Origin: Phycisphaeraceae bacterium
Lineage (GTDB): Bacteria > Planctomycetota > Phycisphaerae > Phycisphaerales > SM1A02
NCBI GenBank assembly: GCA_003562195.1
Contig: PWVT01000090.1
Location: 1-39,114 of the forward strand
Direction of reading: 5' to 3'
Length of the DNA stretch: 39,114 nucleotides
Position 1 is the stretch's first letter; each line of letters begins with the position of its first letter. Made by a program: the position numbers and the translations under genes. Shown piece by piece: positions 26,907-36,135 of this stretch. Under the pieces are notes generated by a model. That model worked only from the letters and a program-made list of their open reading frames with translations, searched no databases and had not been told where the DNA came from.

Positions 26907-28076
26907 TCATCCAAACAGCGTGTCGAGCAACTCCACGATGCCTTTGCCCTGTGTCGCAATCGTTTCCTTGATCGGACGGCCGGCGGCGATGTCGAGCAGT
27001 TCGCGCACGAGTTTGCTCTCGCCGGCGAAGTCCGCCTTGTTCACCACGAACACATCGGCAATCTCGAGGATTCCTGCCTTGTCCATCTGCACCGCGTCAC
27101 CCATGCCGGGCACGACGACCACGGCCGTGCGATCCACGTAATCGCGGATCTTCGTTTCATTCTGACCTGCACCGACAGTTTCCACGATCAGTTTGTCATA
27201 ACCGGCGCCACCGATGAGTTCGATGATGGCGGGCAAAGTCGAATAGTCCTCGCCGCTGATCGCCAGCGAACGGTAAAAGACATTTTCATCCAGCGCGTTG
27301 AAATCCACACGCAGGCGGTCGCCAAGTAAGGCGCCGTTCGTGATCGGGCTCATGGGGTCGAAGGCGACAACGGCAATCTTCTCACCCCGCCGCACTGCCT
27401 CGGCAGCCATCGATGCAACAAGTGTCGATTTGCCCGCGCCGGGTGAACCGGTCAGGCCGATGACATCCGCCGGCCGTCTCTTCGGTGCATCGGCCACCTC
27501 GCTTCCGCCGTGGACCAGACTCAGGTTGCGTCCCAGCACGGCGGTGACATGGTCGCTGTTGAGCGGTTCGTACGGCTTGGTGGCTTCGCGCACGCCATCG
27601 ACAATGTCCTGCATGGATGTGCCGGTGTGATACAGCTTGTGCACGCCCGCATCGAGCATGGTCTGAACATCTTCCTGGGGAATGATGCCGCCGACGTTGA
27701 TGACCATGTCCGGCCGACCGACCTTCTTGCACTCTTCAATCAACCGCGGGACCAGTACGAGGTGTGAATTGCTCATCATCGAGCAGGCGATGACATCAGC
27801 GTCCTCATCGCGGGCGGAAATGGCCAGACTACGCGGCGTCTGCCAGAGGCCGGAGTAAATCACGTGGACACCGCTGTCGCGCAACGCGCGGGCGATGAGT
27901 TTGACGCCTCGATCGTGGCCATCTAGGCCCATTTTCCCCAACAAAACGCGCGGGCGATGGCTGAGATCGCCGCAACGATCGAGCTTTTCAACAGCCGTGG
28001 TCGGTTCAGTCGTCGGACTTGGCATAGGACCCGCATGATAGCGGGAGAACAGTCCAGAGGACCGGCTGACGGTCAT
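26907..28076 (-). CDS. fusion of methylmalonyl-CoA-mutase-type B12-binding domain and MeaB/ArgK-like G-protein
   Basis: N-terminal half: RVLLGKMGLDGHDRGVKLIARALRDSG..ADVIACSMMSNSH..GGIIP (DxHxxG cobalamin-binding domain). C-terminal half: GLTGSPGAGKST (P-loop), LLGDRLR, VETVGAGQNE, VVNKADF (NKxD), as in MeaB. Start is uncertain (28025, 28076 or GTG 28094). Confidence 0.85.
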   Translation of the reverse strand: MTVSRSSGLFSRYHAGPMPSPTTEPTTAVEKLDRCGDLSHRPRVLLGKMGLDGHDRGVKLIARALRDSGVHVIYSGLWQTPRSLAISARDEDADVIACSMMSNSHLVLVPRLIEECKKVGRPDMVINVGGIIPQEDVQTMLDAGVHKLYHTGTSMQDIVDGVREATKPYEPLNSDHVTAVLGRNLSLVHGGSEVADAPKRRPADVIGLTGSPGAGKSTLVASMAAEAVRRGEKIAVVAFDPMSPITNGALLGDRLRVDFNALDENVFYRSLAISGEDYSTLPAIIELIGGAGYDKLIVETVGAGQNETKIRDYVDRTAVVVVPGMGDAVQMDKAGILEIADVFVVNKADFAGESKLVRELLDIAAGRPIKETIATQGKGIVELLDTLFG

Positions 28077-28108
28077 TTCTCGACGAACGACCACTTCATT
28101 TTTTTAAT

Positions 28109-28132
28109 GTTTGGACGTTTGGACGTTTGCCG
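28109..28132. repeat. tandem direct repeats GTTTGGAC GTTTGGAC GTTTGCCG in a divergent promoter region
   Basis: Read directly from the sequence. It lies in the roughly 77-bp gap between the B12/MeaB gene (minus strand) and the ABC permease gene (plus strand), preceded by an A/T-rich TTCATTTTTTTAATG. Confidence 0.3.
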
Positions 28133-28153
28133 TTTCGCTACACTGCCCGTCCG

Positions 28154-30034
28154 ATGCGGCTGCGACAACTGCCACAACTGACGCTCATGGTGGGGTTGCT
28201 GGCAATCTTTGCCGTCTTCTTGTTGTATCCCATCTGGCTGACAGTCCAAGGTGGCTTTGAAAGCATAGTGCCGCTCCAGCAGGTACGCCTCGTGGACGGG
28301 CAGCGGCATGTCGGACAGGTCGTGTCCAGAACGGATACTCACATCGTTCTGCGACTGGACGACTCGTCCGTAGAACCTGAGATCTCGATCGAACTGGATC
28401 AGATCGCCGACACCCGCCCGGTCAAACGCTTCACGCTGCACCACATCATCTCCGTCTTTCAGGATGCCTCACTTCGACAGGGGTTGATTACCGCTTTCTT
28501 GGTGGCGGTCTGTACGACCATTCTCTGTTTCTTCCTCGCCCTGCCCCTGGCGCTGCTGGCTGCGAAATTTGATTTTCCCGGCAAGGCCGCGATGTCCTCA
28601 TTGGTGCTGGTGCCGCTGATCCTTCCGCCGTTCGTCGGCGCGATCGGGCTGCATCACATCCTCGGCCGCACCGGGTCGGTCAACACGCTGCTGATGAACA
28701 TGGGGCTGATCGAGAACGGCATCGACTTCATCGGACGCGGCGGGTTCTGGGCGATTGTCATCATCGAAGCGCTGCACCTGTATCCCATTTTGTACCTCAA
28801 CGCCACAGCCGCGCTGGCCAACCTGGACCCGGCGCTTGAAGAAGCAGCGGAGAACCTCGGCGCCAGCCGCTGGCGGCGGTTCCGCACGGTCATCCTGCCA
28901 TTGATCCGCCCCGGGCTGTTTGCAGGCGCAACGATCGTGTTCATCTGGTCGTTCACTGAACTTGGCACGCCGCTGATGTTTGACTATCAGGTCATCACGC
29001 CGGTGCAAATTTTCAACGGCATCATGGAGATGGACACCTCGCGCCAGCCGTATGCACTGACGGCGATCATGCTTTTCTCTGCGGTGTTCTTTTACATCCT
29101 CGGCAAATTGGTGTTCGGCGGCAGAGCGTATGCGATGTATGCAAAAGCATCGGTGCAATCAGTGACGACAAAGCTCACAGGCATCAAGGGCCTGCTGGCT
29201 GCGGGCGGTTTCGCACTGGTGATTGCCCTGGCGATCACACCACACTTCGGCGTGATCCTCGCTTCGCTAACGGTGGAGGGCAGTTGGTATCAATCTGTGC
29301 TGCCGGCGGCCTTCACGACGGAACACTACACCAACGCACTCGGCCACTCACTGGCGATCGGGTCAATCCGCAACAGTTTGTTCTATGCGACCTGCGCGGT
29401 GCTGATCGACATCCTGCTTGGCATCATGATCGGCTACCTCATCGTGCGCACGCGCATTCCAGGTCGTGGGCTGCTGGATTCATTGTCGATGCTGCCGCTG
29501 GCGGTGCCGGGGCTGGTGATGGCATTCGGGTATGTCGCCATGACGCTGCGTTGGCCATTCGGCAAGGGTGACCCGCTGGAGGGTTGGATTGATGTGCTTG
29601 GTGCAGAGCCAAACCCGATCTTGCTGTTGATCATTGCGTATGCAATTCGCCGCCTGCCGTATGTCGTTCGCGCGACGGTTGCTGGGTTGCAGCAGACTTC
29701 CGGCGAGCTTGAAGAAGCGGCATTGAGCATGGGCGCAAGCCGCGCACGGGCGATCCGCACGATCACGGTGCCGCTGATCACTGCGAACCTGATTGCAGGC
29801 GGCCTGCTGGCGTTCAGCTTCGCCATGTTGGAAGTGTCCGATTCATTGATCCTCGCGCAGCGCGAAGAACACTTCCCGATCACCAAGGCGATTTATGTAC
29901 TGTTTGAACGACTCGGCGACGGCCAGTACATCGCCAGCGCCATGGGCGTGTGGGGCATGGCGCTGCTTGCGGTGACGCTCGTGGGCGCGTCGATCATGAT
30001 GGGCAAGAAGATGGGCGCAATCTTCCGGGTCTAG
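28154..30034 (+). CDS. ABC transporter permease with two fused permease domains (FbpB/ThiP-type)
   Basis: About 12 hydrophobic helices and two EAA loops: LEEAAENLGASRWRRFRTVILPLIRPG and LEEAALSMGASRARAIRTITVPLITAN. ATG at 28154 (track start 28127 is a TTG). Confidence 0.85.
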   Translation: MRLRQLPQLTLMVGLLAIFAVFLLYPIWLTVQGGFESIVPLQQVRLVDGQRHVGQVVSRTDTHIVLRLDDSSVEPEISIELDQIADTRPVKRFTLHHIISVFQDASLRQGLITAFLVAVCTTILCFFLALPLALLAAKFDFPGKAAMSSLVLVPLILPPFVGAIGLHHILGRTGSVNTLLMNMGLIENGIDFIGRGGFWAIVIIEALHLYPILYLNATAALANLDPALEEAAENLGASRWRRFRTVILPLIRPGLFAGATIVFIWSFTELGTPLMFDYQVITPVQIFNGIMEMDTSRQPYALTAIMLFSAVFFYILGKLVFGGRAYAMYAKASVQSVTTKLTGIKGLLAAGGFALVIALAITPHFGVILASLTVEGSWYQSVLPAAFTTEHYTNALGHSLAIGSIRNSLFYATCAVLIDILLGIMIGYLIVRTRIPGRGLLDSLSMLPLAVPGLVMAFGYVAMTLRWPFGKGDPLEGWIDVLGAEPNPILLLIIAYAIRRLPYVVRATVAGLQQTSGELEEAALSMGASRARAIRTITVPLITANLIAGGLLAFSFAMLEVSDSLILAQREEHFPITKAIYVLFERLGDGQYIASAMGVWGMALLAVTLVGASIMMGKKMGAIFRV

Positions 30035-30129
30035 GTGCGCCATCGGTGCGCCGTGATCAACTGGCTTTGGTCGCGTCAAAATCACTGCTATGATGATGTG
30101 CAACACTCGAGCCAACCGGAGGTGGACGC

Positions 30130-32115
30130 ATGCGCCACATCGTTGTGTTCCTGACAGTCCTGCTTCTCAGCAGTATGACGTTCGCAATTGGTGACGTCCA
30201 CAATGCGGCTACGCATTACAACCGGGCGTTCGAGCATCTGCATCGACTTACCGAAAATGAGCGTATTCTGCTCAGCTACCCCGAGAATCCGACCGCCCCG
30301 CCATCACCTGAGATGCGCGAGGCATTGCGAAAGATGCAACCAGCCCTGCATCATGTTCGCGAAGCTTCCAGACGCCCCTACGCAGATTTTCCGCTTGACT
30401 TCAACGAGGGCTGGTTCCTGCGGCTTCCGCCGCTGCACGATATGCGAACACTGCTCAGTGTGACCTACGCAGACGTGCGCATGCGAGTGCATGACGGGGA
30501 GACAACCATGGCGGCTAAACGGCTGGCCACGGCCTATCGCACGCTACCGCATTTGAGCGACAGCGGCGTCATCATCGCCTCGGTCGTGAACCAGGCTGGC
30601 TTTCATCTGTTGGACGACGCGACGCAGTTTCTGATAGACCAAGGCGCACTCAATGCGGCGGATGCATTGACGGTGTTTCACGCAGTCGATGAATTTGCGG
30701 CACAGACCGACCCGTTCAATCACATCGAAGCCATTCTCGGTGACAGTGAACTGAACTACATCACCGCGCGAAATTTTCTTGAGAGTGGGGAACATGACAT
30801 TCGTGAACTCTTTGGCGATTCCATCGATCCAGAAGGCGTTGACCAGTGGCATAATTTGACCGAAGAGCGACTCGACAATCACATTGCGGCTCATGATGTG
30901 TTCATTGAGGATATGACCGCAGCTTTTGCCATGGACGACCCCGAAGCAGCCGCGGCAGAAGTAGCAAGGTTGCAGGAAGCGTTTCTTGAGAGTGACAACC
31001 TCTTTGCCCATTTGGCACCTTCATATACCACCTATCATGAACGCAAGATCAGGGCAGAGGCCGCTCTGGCTGCACGTGTGCAGTCGCTGCGTGAACTGGT
31101 TGATGGCGATGTGGAGCCGCTGGAACGCGCCAATGCGGCGATGTGGTATCTGCGAGCCGTCGCCGCGCTCGAATCACTCGAACCGGAACAACTCGAAACG
31201 TTGCGAGCGGCTGACCTGGACTGGCATGAACCGTTGCCCGATGAGCTTGTTTCCCTTCTTGAGACGCACCAGCCGATTGTCGAGCTGTTTCACGATGGAT
31301 CTCGCATTCGCCGATGCGACTTCACCTTCACCCGCCGCCATCGCCCGCATCCATTCATGCCGAGTTATGCGCCGGGAATGCGCGATGGTCTGCGACTGCT
31401 GTGTGCCGATGCAGTACGTTTGATGCGCGCGGATCAGCCCGAAGACGCGGCGGAACGACTGGCGACTGCCTACCGCGTCATTGCCCACCTTGCGGGTGAT
31501 GATCAAATCGTCAGCGCACTGACCAGTCATGTGTCGTACCGGCATGTGCACAATCTCATTGAACTCGCCCTCGACACGGAGTTGTTTGATCAATCACAAT
31601 TGGAGTCGCTGTACGTCGCGTTTGATCGCATCGCGCTTGCTGATCCGTTTGGTTACACGAATGCCATCGCCCTGGCGCGGTCACGGCTAATTGACCAGTT
31701 TCACAACCGAAGGCCGTTGCGAGATGAGTTTGCTGATCAGGTTGAGCCATGGAGTCGTGTCGTACAAGAAGCTGATGGTGACCGGCTGCTCGGCTTGCTG
31801 CTCATGAGCGAGATGATTGATCCTCCAAATCTCCCGATGCAACTGCACGATCATCTCGTCTCGCTCGATGATGTCATGCCCCACGCTGGGGTTGAGACCC
31901 TATACGGGCAAATTGAAGCGTTGGCCGAACTCATTGCGGAGGGCGATATTGAAGCGGCTCGCGAGGCCGTACAGGCCGTGGCTGACGTTGATCGTCGCCG
32001 GGGCGAAGCGCGCAGCGACTTGCGGCGGGGATTGATGATGTTCCAAGTGAACCTCGGATCGACGCCGCGCCCGCGCGATGATGCCGTGGCTGATTCCGGA
32101 GAAGCTGATGAATAG
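30130..32115 (+). CDS. secreted, internally duplicated helical-repeat protein, unknown family (paralog A)
   Basis: GGAGG lies 7 nt before the ATG. Signal peptide MRHIVVFLTVLLLSSMTFAIG. It shares motifs with the next two genes: NAATHYxRA, QPALHH, ANAAxWYLR, GSxIRRCDF, PGMRD, AERLAxxYR, ADPFGY. Confidence 0.75.
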   Translation: MRHIVVFLTVLLLSSMTFAIGDVHNAATHYNRAFEHLHRLTENERILLSYPENPTAPPSPEMREALRKMQPALHHVREASRRPYADFPLDFNEGWFLRLPPLHDMRTLLSVTYADVRMRVHDGETTMAAKRLATAYRTLPHLSDSGVIIASVVNQAGFHLLDDATQFLIDQGALNAADALTVFHAVDEFAAQTDPFNHIEAILGDSELNYITARNFLESGEHDIRELFGDSIDPEGVDQWHNLTEERLDNHIAAHDVFIEDMTAAFAMDDPEAAAAEVARLQEAFLESDNLFAHLAPSYTTYHERKIRAEAALAARVQSLRELVDGDVEPLERANAAMWYLRAVAALESLEPEQLETLRAADLDWHEPLPDELVSLLETHQPIVELFHDGSRIRRCDFTFTRRHRPHPFMPSYAPGMRDGLRLLCADAVRLMRADQPEDAAERLATAYRVIAHLAGDDQIVSALTSHVSYRHVHNLIELALDTELFDQSQLESLYVAFDRIALADPFGYTNAIALARSRLIDQFHNRRPLRDEFADQVEPWSRVVQEADGDRLLGLLLMSEMIDPPNLPMQLHDHLVSLDDVMPHAGVETLYGQIEALAELIAEGDIEAAREAVQAVADVDRRRGEARSDLRRGLMMFQVNLGSTPRPRDDAVADSGEADE

Positions 32116-34150
32116 CTGGCGAAAGTTCGTTGTCATAACGATTGCTGCACTCGCATGCTGTTCGTATGTATTCGGCCATGATGGTGGCTATCGAAATGCA
32201 GCGAAGCATTATGAGCGTGCCTTCGAGCGGTATGTCGCATTGTCAAGCGATGATCGGTCGTTGCTCTTGAACTTCGACATAGCAAGCACGCCGCCCACGC
32301 AGGAGATTCGCGATGCGATGCGCCGCGCCCAGCCGATTCTGAATGATTTTCATCGCGCGTCGCTCCAGCCGTACTCAGATTTCCACTTGGATTACAACCA
32401 GGGGTTCAACCTGGTCATCCCCCACGTTGTGCACATGCGCAACATTGTACGTTTGGCAAAGGCGGACGTGCAACTGCGTCTGGCTGATGGTGATTCAGCT
32501 GGAGCAGCCGATCGCCTTGCTGCGATGGGGCGCAATCTTCAACACTACAACGATGATCGGCTCCTGATCAGCAGTCTTGTGAACAGCGCGGTGTACGCAC
32601 TGGTTGACGACACGATCCAGCATGGCCTTGATGCTGCCGCTTTCGATCCCGCTGAAGCATTGAAGATTCTGCAGCCGCTGGAACAACTCAACGCAACGGG
32701 CGACCCGTTCGGTTATCGCGATTCCATCGCAACCGAACAGGACTGGATCGTAATGGCCATGACCGATGCATTCGAAAATGATCGCATGTCCGAAACGCTC
32801 GATCTGATCTGGGTGCCCGATGATGATCACGCCGACCCTACCCGCGATGCATGGAATGCTTTGAAGCAAGATGAATTCGAGTTGCATGTGGCGGCATACG
32901 ACCAGTTCATGGATGGAGTCGTTGAAGTCTTTGCAATGGACGATCCGGACCTTGCAGCGGAGAAGATGACGGAATTTTCGGATGCATTTGTCGACTCCGA
33001 GTACAACCTCTTCGCCACCGTCATCATCAGCTACAATCACATCCTGCGTTCTAAGCATCACAGCGAACGATTGTTGCAGGATCGCATCAGCGACTTGCGA
33101 GATCTGGTTGAGGGTGAGGTTGACGCGCACGCCATCGCCAACGCGGCGGTCTGGTACCTGCGCGGCATCACCTTGCTGAGCGATCTGGATGAGGACGCCA
33201 CAAAGTTACTTCGGGAGGATCATCTCTGGGATACACCGTTGCCCGACGAGCTTGTACAAATGCTCCGTGACACGGCCCAGCCGATCATTCATGAGTTTCG
33301 CATGGGGTCAGAGATACGACGTTGTGATTTTTCCATCGCACGATCGCTTGAGTACCCGCTCATCCCCCGCTACACACCCGGCATGCGCGATGCGTTTCAC
33401 CTACTTCACGCTGATGCCATTCGCTTGATGCACGCAGATGAGCTTGAAGACGCCGCTGAGCGCCTAGCGATCTGCTACCGCATGATCGGACACCTTGGAC
33501 GTGATGCTCAACTGATCAGCGGACTTGTGTCACACACTGCATTTGAACATACACATCTGTTGGTCGAAGCCACCATTGAAGCCGAGCAGTTTACAACTCA
33601 ACAGATTCGAACGGTCGGTGCAGCATTTGACCGCATCGGTCGGGCTGATCCATTCGGCTATGCTGCTGCCGTGCGCATGACGAGACAGGACATTGGCAAG
33701 ACGGCAGAGAATCTTGCTCGCCGAATTGACGCTGATCCGAAAGAGCGGCGCTACCAGATACTCCAGCAGATCATCACTCACGGTCCCCCGGACCAATTGC
33801 TGACGCTCCTGGCCTTGCACGATGCGTACCTGCGACACCGCGAGCAAGAGCTTTTTGAGGCGGGGCACCTGCCCGCCGAGCTGAAAACGACGGTCGTTGA
33901 ACACGATGCACTGATGGACGTGGTCAGCATTGACGATCTGAGCACACTGCGCAATGAAGCCCAACTGGCAATCGCTTCCATGGTCAACACCCCACCATCA
34001 GATGCTGATGCGCACATGTTCGATGGATTAACCACGTTTACGGATATCAACGCCCGCATGCAGCAGGCGCGTGCTGTGCTGCGTATCGGAGCAGCCATGT
34101 TCCATCTCACCACTGCTGCATCGGACACTGAAGAAAGCGATCCGTCATGA
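32108..34150 (+). CDS. secreted, internally duplicated helical-repeat protein, unknown family (paralog B)
   Basis: The ATG at 32108 (GGAG 6 nt upstream) overlaps the stop of paralog A by 8 nt. Signal peptide MNSWRKFVVITIAALACCSYVFG. Same motif set as paralogs A and C. Confidence 0.75.
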   Translation: MNSWRKFVVITIAALACCSYVFGHDGGYRNAAKHYERAFERYVALSSDDRSLLLNFDIASTPPTQEIRDAMRRAQPILNDFHRASLQPYSDFHLDYNQGFNLVIPHVVHMRNIVRLAKADVQLRLADGDSAGAADRLAAMGRNLQHYNDDRLLISSLVNSAVYALVDDTIQHGLDAAAFDPAEALKILQPLEQLNATGDPFGYRDSIATEQDWIVMAMTDAFENDRMSETLDLIWVPDDDHADPTRDAWNALKQDEFELHVAAYDQFMDGVVEVFAMDDPDLAAEKMTEFSDAFVDSEYNLFATVIISYNHILRSKHHSERLLQDRISDLRDLVEGEVDAHAIANAAVWYLRGITLLSDLDEDATKLLREDHLWDTPLPDELVQMLRDTAQPIIHEFRMGSEIRRCDFSIARSLEYPLIPRYTPGMRDAFHLLHADAIRLMHADELEDAAERLAICYRMIGHLGRDAQLISGLVSHTAFEHTHLLVEATIEAEQFTTQQIRTVGAAFDRIGRADPFGYAAAVRMTRQDIGKTAENLARRIDADPKERRYQILQQIITHGPPDQLLTLLALHDAYLRHREQELFEAGHLPAELKTTVVEHDALMDVVSIDDLSTLRNEAQLAIASMVNTPPSDADAHMFDGLTTFTDINARMQQARAVLRIGAAMFHLTTAASDTEESDPS

Positions 34151-36135
34151 AGAGTCTCACGATACACGTGTTTCTTGTGATGATACTGGCAACGCCCGCT
34201 GCGGCGCAGAACGACCATGCCAATGCAGCGACGCATTATCAGCGTGCGATTGATGTGATGGAATCGCTCTCGTGGGATGAGCACAACACCTTCTGGGAGT
34301 ACTACGGCCCGACGTTTTCACCAACCCAGGAACTTCGCGATGCGCTGCGCAAGGCGCAGCCCGCCCTCCATCATTTCAACCGTGGCACTCTGCAAGAATA
34401 TTCCCATTTCAATCTGGACGTTGGCAACGGTGTCGAAATTCCTACATCGCACCTCATGAATTTGCGCAAACTTGCCATGGCGAGCCGGGCTGATGTCAGT
34501 CTACGATTGCACGATGGCGACACCAGCGGGGCAGCCAACCGCATCGCCGCTATGAACCGGTCCATGACGCATTTTCAGGATGATCGCATGTTGGTGAGTT
34601 CGCTCGTCGGCGTTGCGATCAGTGTGTTCACAGACAACTTGATCGAAACCGGACTCGACCATGCAGCGTTTGACCCAAGTGATCTGTTGAGAATGCTGCA
34701 TCCTCTCGAACAGTTCATGGAAAGCAGCGACCCCTTCGGATTCGTCGAGAGTCTTGCGGCCGAACGGGACGCCACATTGATGTTGCTCAATGAAGGAACC
34801 AATGTTGACGGGATCAATGCCAGAGTGCTGACCATGTGGTCTGGCAGTGACACACTCGATCAAGAGCAATTTGACACCTTGTCTAATGACGAATTGTCGC
34901 GACACGTCGATGCATACGACACAACGATGGACGACATCATCGACGCGTTCACGATGGCAGACCGAGAGACCGCTTCGGCCGTCATGGCTGAGATTCAATC
35001 ATCCTTTCTTGAATCGGAACAGAATCTGCTGGCCCCACTCATCGTCATTTACGCCAAGGCGATGGAAAGTCGCAACCTTGCGGAATCAACCGTGCAGGAT
35101 CGCATCACGATGATGCGCGAGCTTCTTGACGATGACGTTGACGCTGTGGACATTGCCAATGCTGCCGTGTGGTACTTGCGTGGCGTAACCGCACTTGACG
35201 AACTGGATGATGACATGCTGACCTCCCTTCGCGAAATGGACATGGCGTGGGACAGCGAGGTTCCGGAGTCGGTCGACACACTTTTACGAGGCAGTGGTGC
35301 ACAGGTCATTGAGCACGTTCGGACCGGATCGAACATTCGTCGCTGCGACTTTTCCATTGCACGCATTTGGTACGATCATCCGCCAATCCCTCACTACGTA
35401 CCGGGCATGCGCGACCTGTTTCGGCTATTGCACGCTGATGCCATTCGCATGATGCAGGTCGGTGAGATTGATGCGGCGGCGGAACGTTTGGCAATCTGCT
35501 ACCGTGTGGTCGATCACCTCAGCGGTGACGGCCAAATGCTCAGTTCGCTCCTTGCACATACCGCCTACGAACATACACACCTGCTCGTCGACTTCGCCAC
35601 GTTTGACAATCGATGGAACCCAGAGCATGTGTACGCTCTGGCTGCAGCGTTCGATCGACTGGGCAGGGCTGACCCTTTCGGGTACGGGCGTGCGTCGTCC
35701 GCCATGCGGGACATGGCTTCAAAGGTGCATCACTACTATGGTGCAAACCGGGTCGTGGACGATGATGACCTTCCTGTAAAATTTGAGAAGTTGCAGTTCA
35801 TGACCGCAGATGAAGCTCTCGCGTTGCTGCAGTTTCACGATGTGATTGAACAGCGACGGCGAGTTCACCTTGCTGAGCACGGTGAATGGGTGCCACCGGA
35901 CACCTCACCGGAATTCTCAATCAACGCACTTCAGGATGTGATCGCACTTGATCGTTTGACAGCATTGTGCAAACAATCAAAGTCAATCAGCAACGAAATG
36001 TTGCAAGAGGCATTCGATTACTCCGAGTTCCCACCATTAATCACATTCACCGAAATCCCAACGCGCATGCAGCAAGCGCGGGATGCGCTGCGTATTGGTG
36101 CAGCCATGTTTCAGCACGCAGGTGATGAGTCCTAG
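34147..36135 (+). CDS. secreted, internally duplicated helical-repeat protein, unknown family (paralog C)
   Basis: ATGA start/stop overlap with paralog B (34147..34150). Signal peptide MKSLTIHVFLVMILATPAAAQ. Same motif set; closest to paralog B. Confidence 0.75.
   Translation: MKSLTIHVFLVMILATPAAAQNDHANAATHYQRAIDVMESLSWDEHNTFWEYYGPTFSPTQELRDALRKAQPALHHFNRGTLQEYSHFNLDVGNGVEIPTSHLMNLRKLAMASRADVSLRLHDGDTSGAANRIAAMNRSMTHFQDDRMLVSSLVGVAISVFTDNLIETGLDHAAFDPSDLLRMLHPLEQFMESSDPFGFVESLAAERDATLMLLNEGTNVDGINARVLTMWSGSDTLDQEQFDTLSNDELSRHVDAYDTTMDDIIDAFTMADRETASAVMAEIQSSFLESEQNLLAPLIVIYAKAMESRNLAESTVQDRITMMRELLDDDVDAVDIANAAVWYLRGVTALDELDDDMLTSLREMDMAWDSEVPESVDTLLRGSGAQVIEHVRTGSNIRRCDFSIARIWYDHPPIPHYVPGMRDLFRLLHADAIRMMQVGEIDAAAERLAICYRVVDHLSGDGQMLSSLLAHTAYEHTHLLVDFATFDNRWNPEHVYALAAAFDRLGRADPFGYGRASSAMRDMASKVHHYYGANRVVDDDDLPVKFEKLQFMTADEALALLQFHDVIEQRRRVHLAEHGEWVPPDTSPEFSINALQDVIALDRLTALCKQSKSISNEMLQEAFDYSEFPPLITFTEIPTRMQQARDALRIGAAMFQHAGDES

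Noticed and set aside
30130-36135. The repetitive 6-kb block as a possible CRISPR array, mobile-element array or assembly duplication.
   Set aside because: The repeats are at protein level only. Synonymous codons differ between copies, the units are about 900 nt rather than about 30 nt, and all three ORFs are intact with signal peptides.
36132-36135. Convergent genes sharing their stop codons through the palindrome CTAG. Other convergent overlaps or near-abutments occur at 13837..13840, 12884..12889, 2588..2608 and 8797..8804.
   Set aside because: This is a real observation, but it is consistent with general genome compaction. No hairpin or regulatory structure is associated with it, and I see no evidence of antisense regulation beyond the overlap itself.
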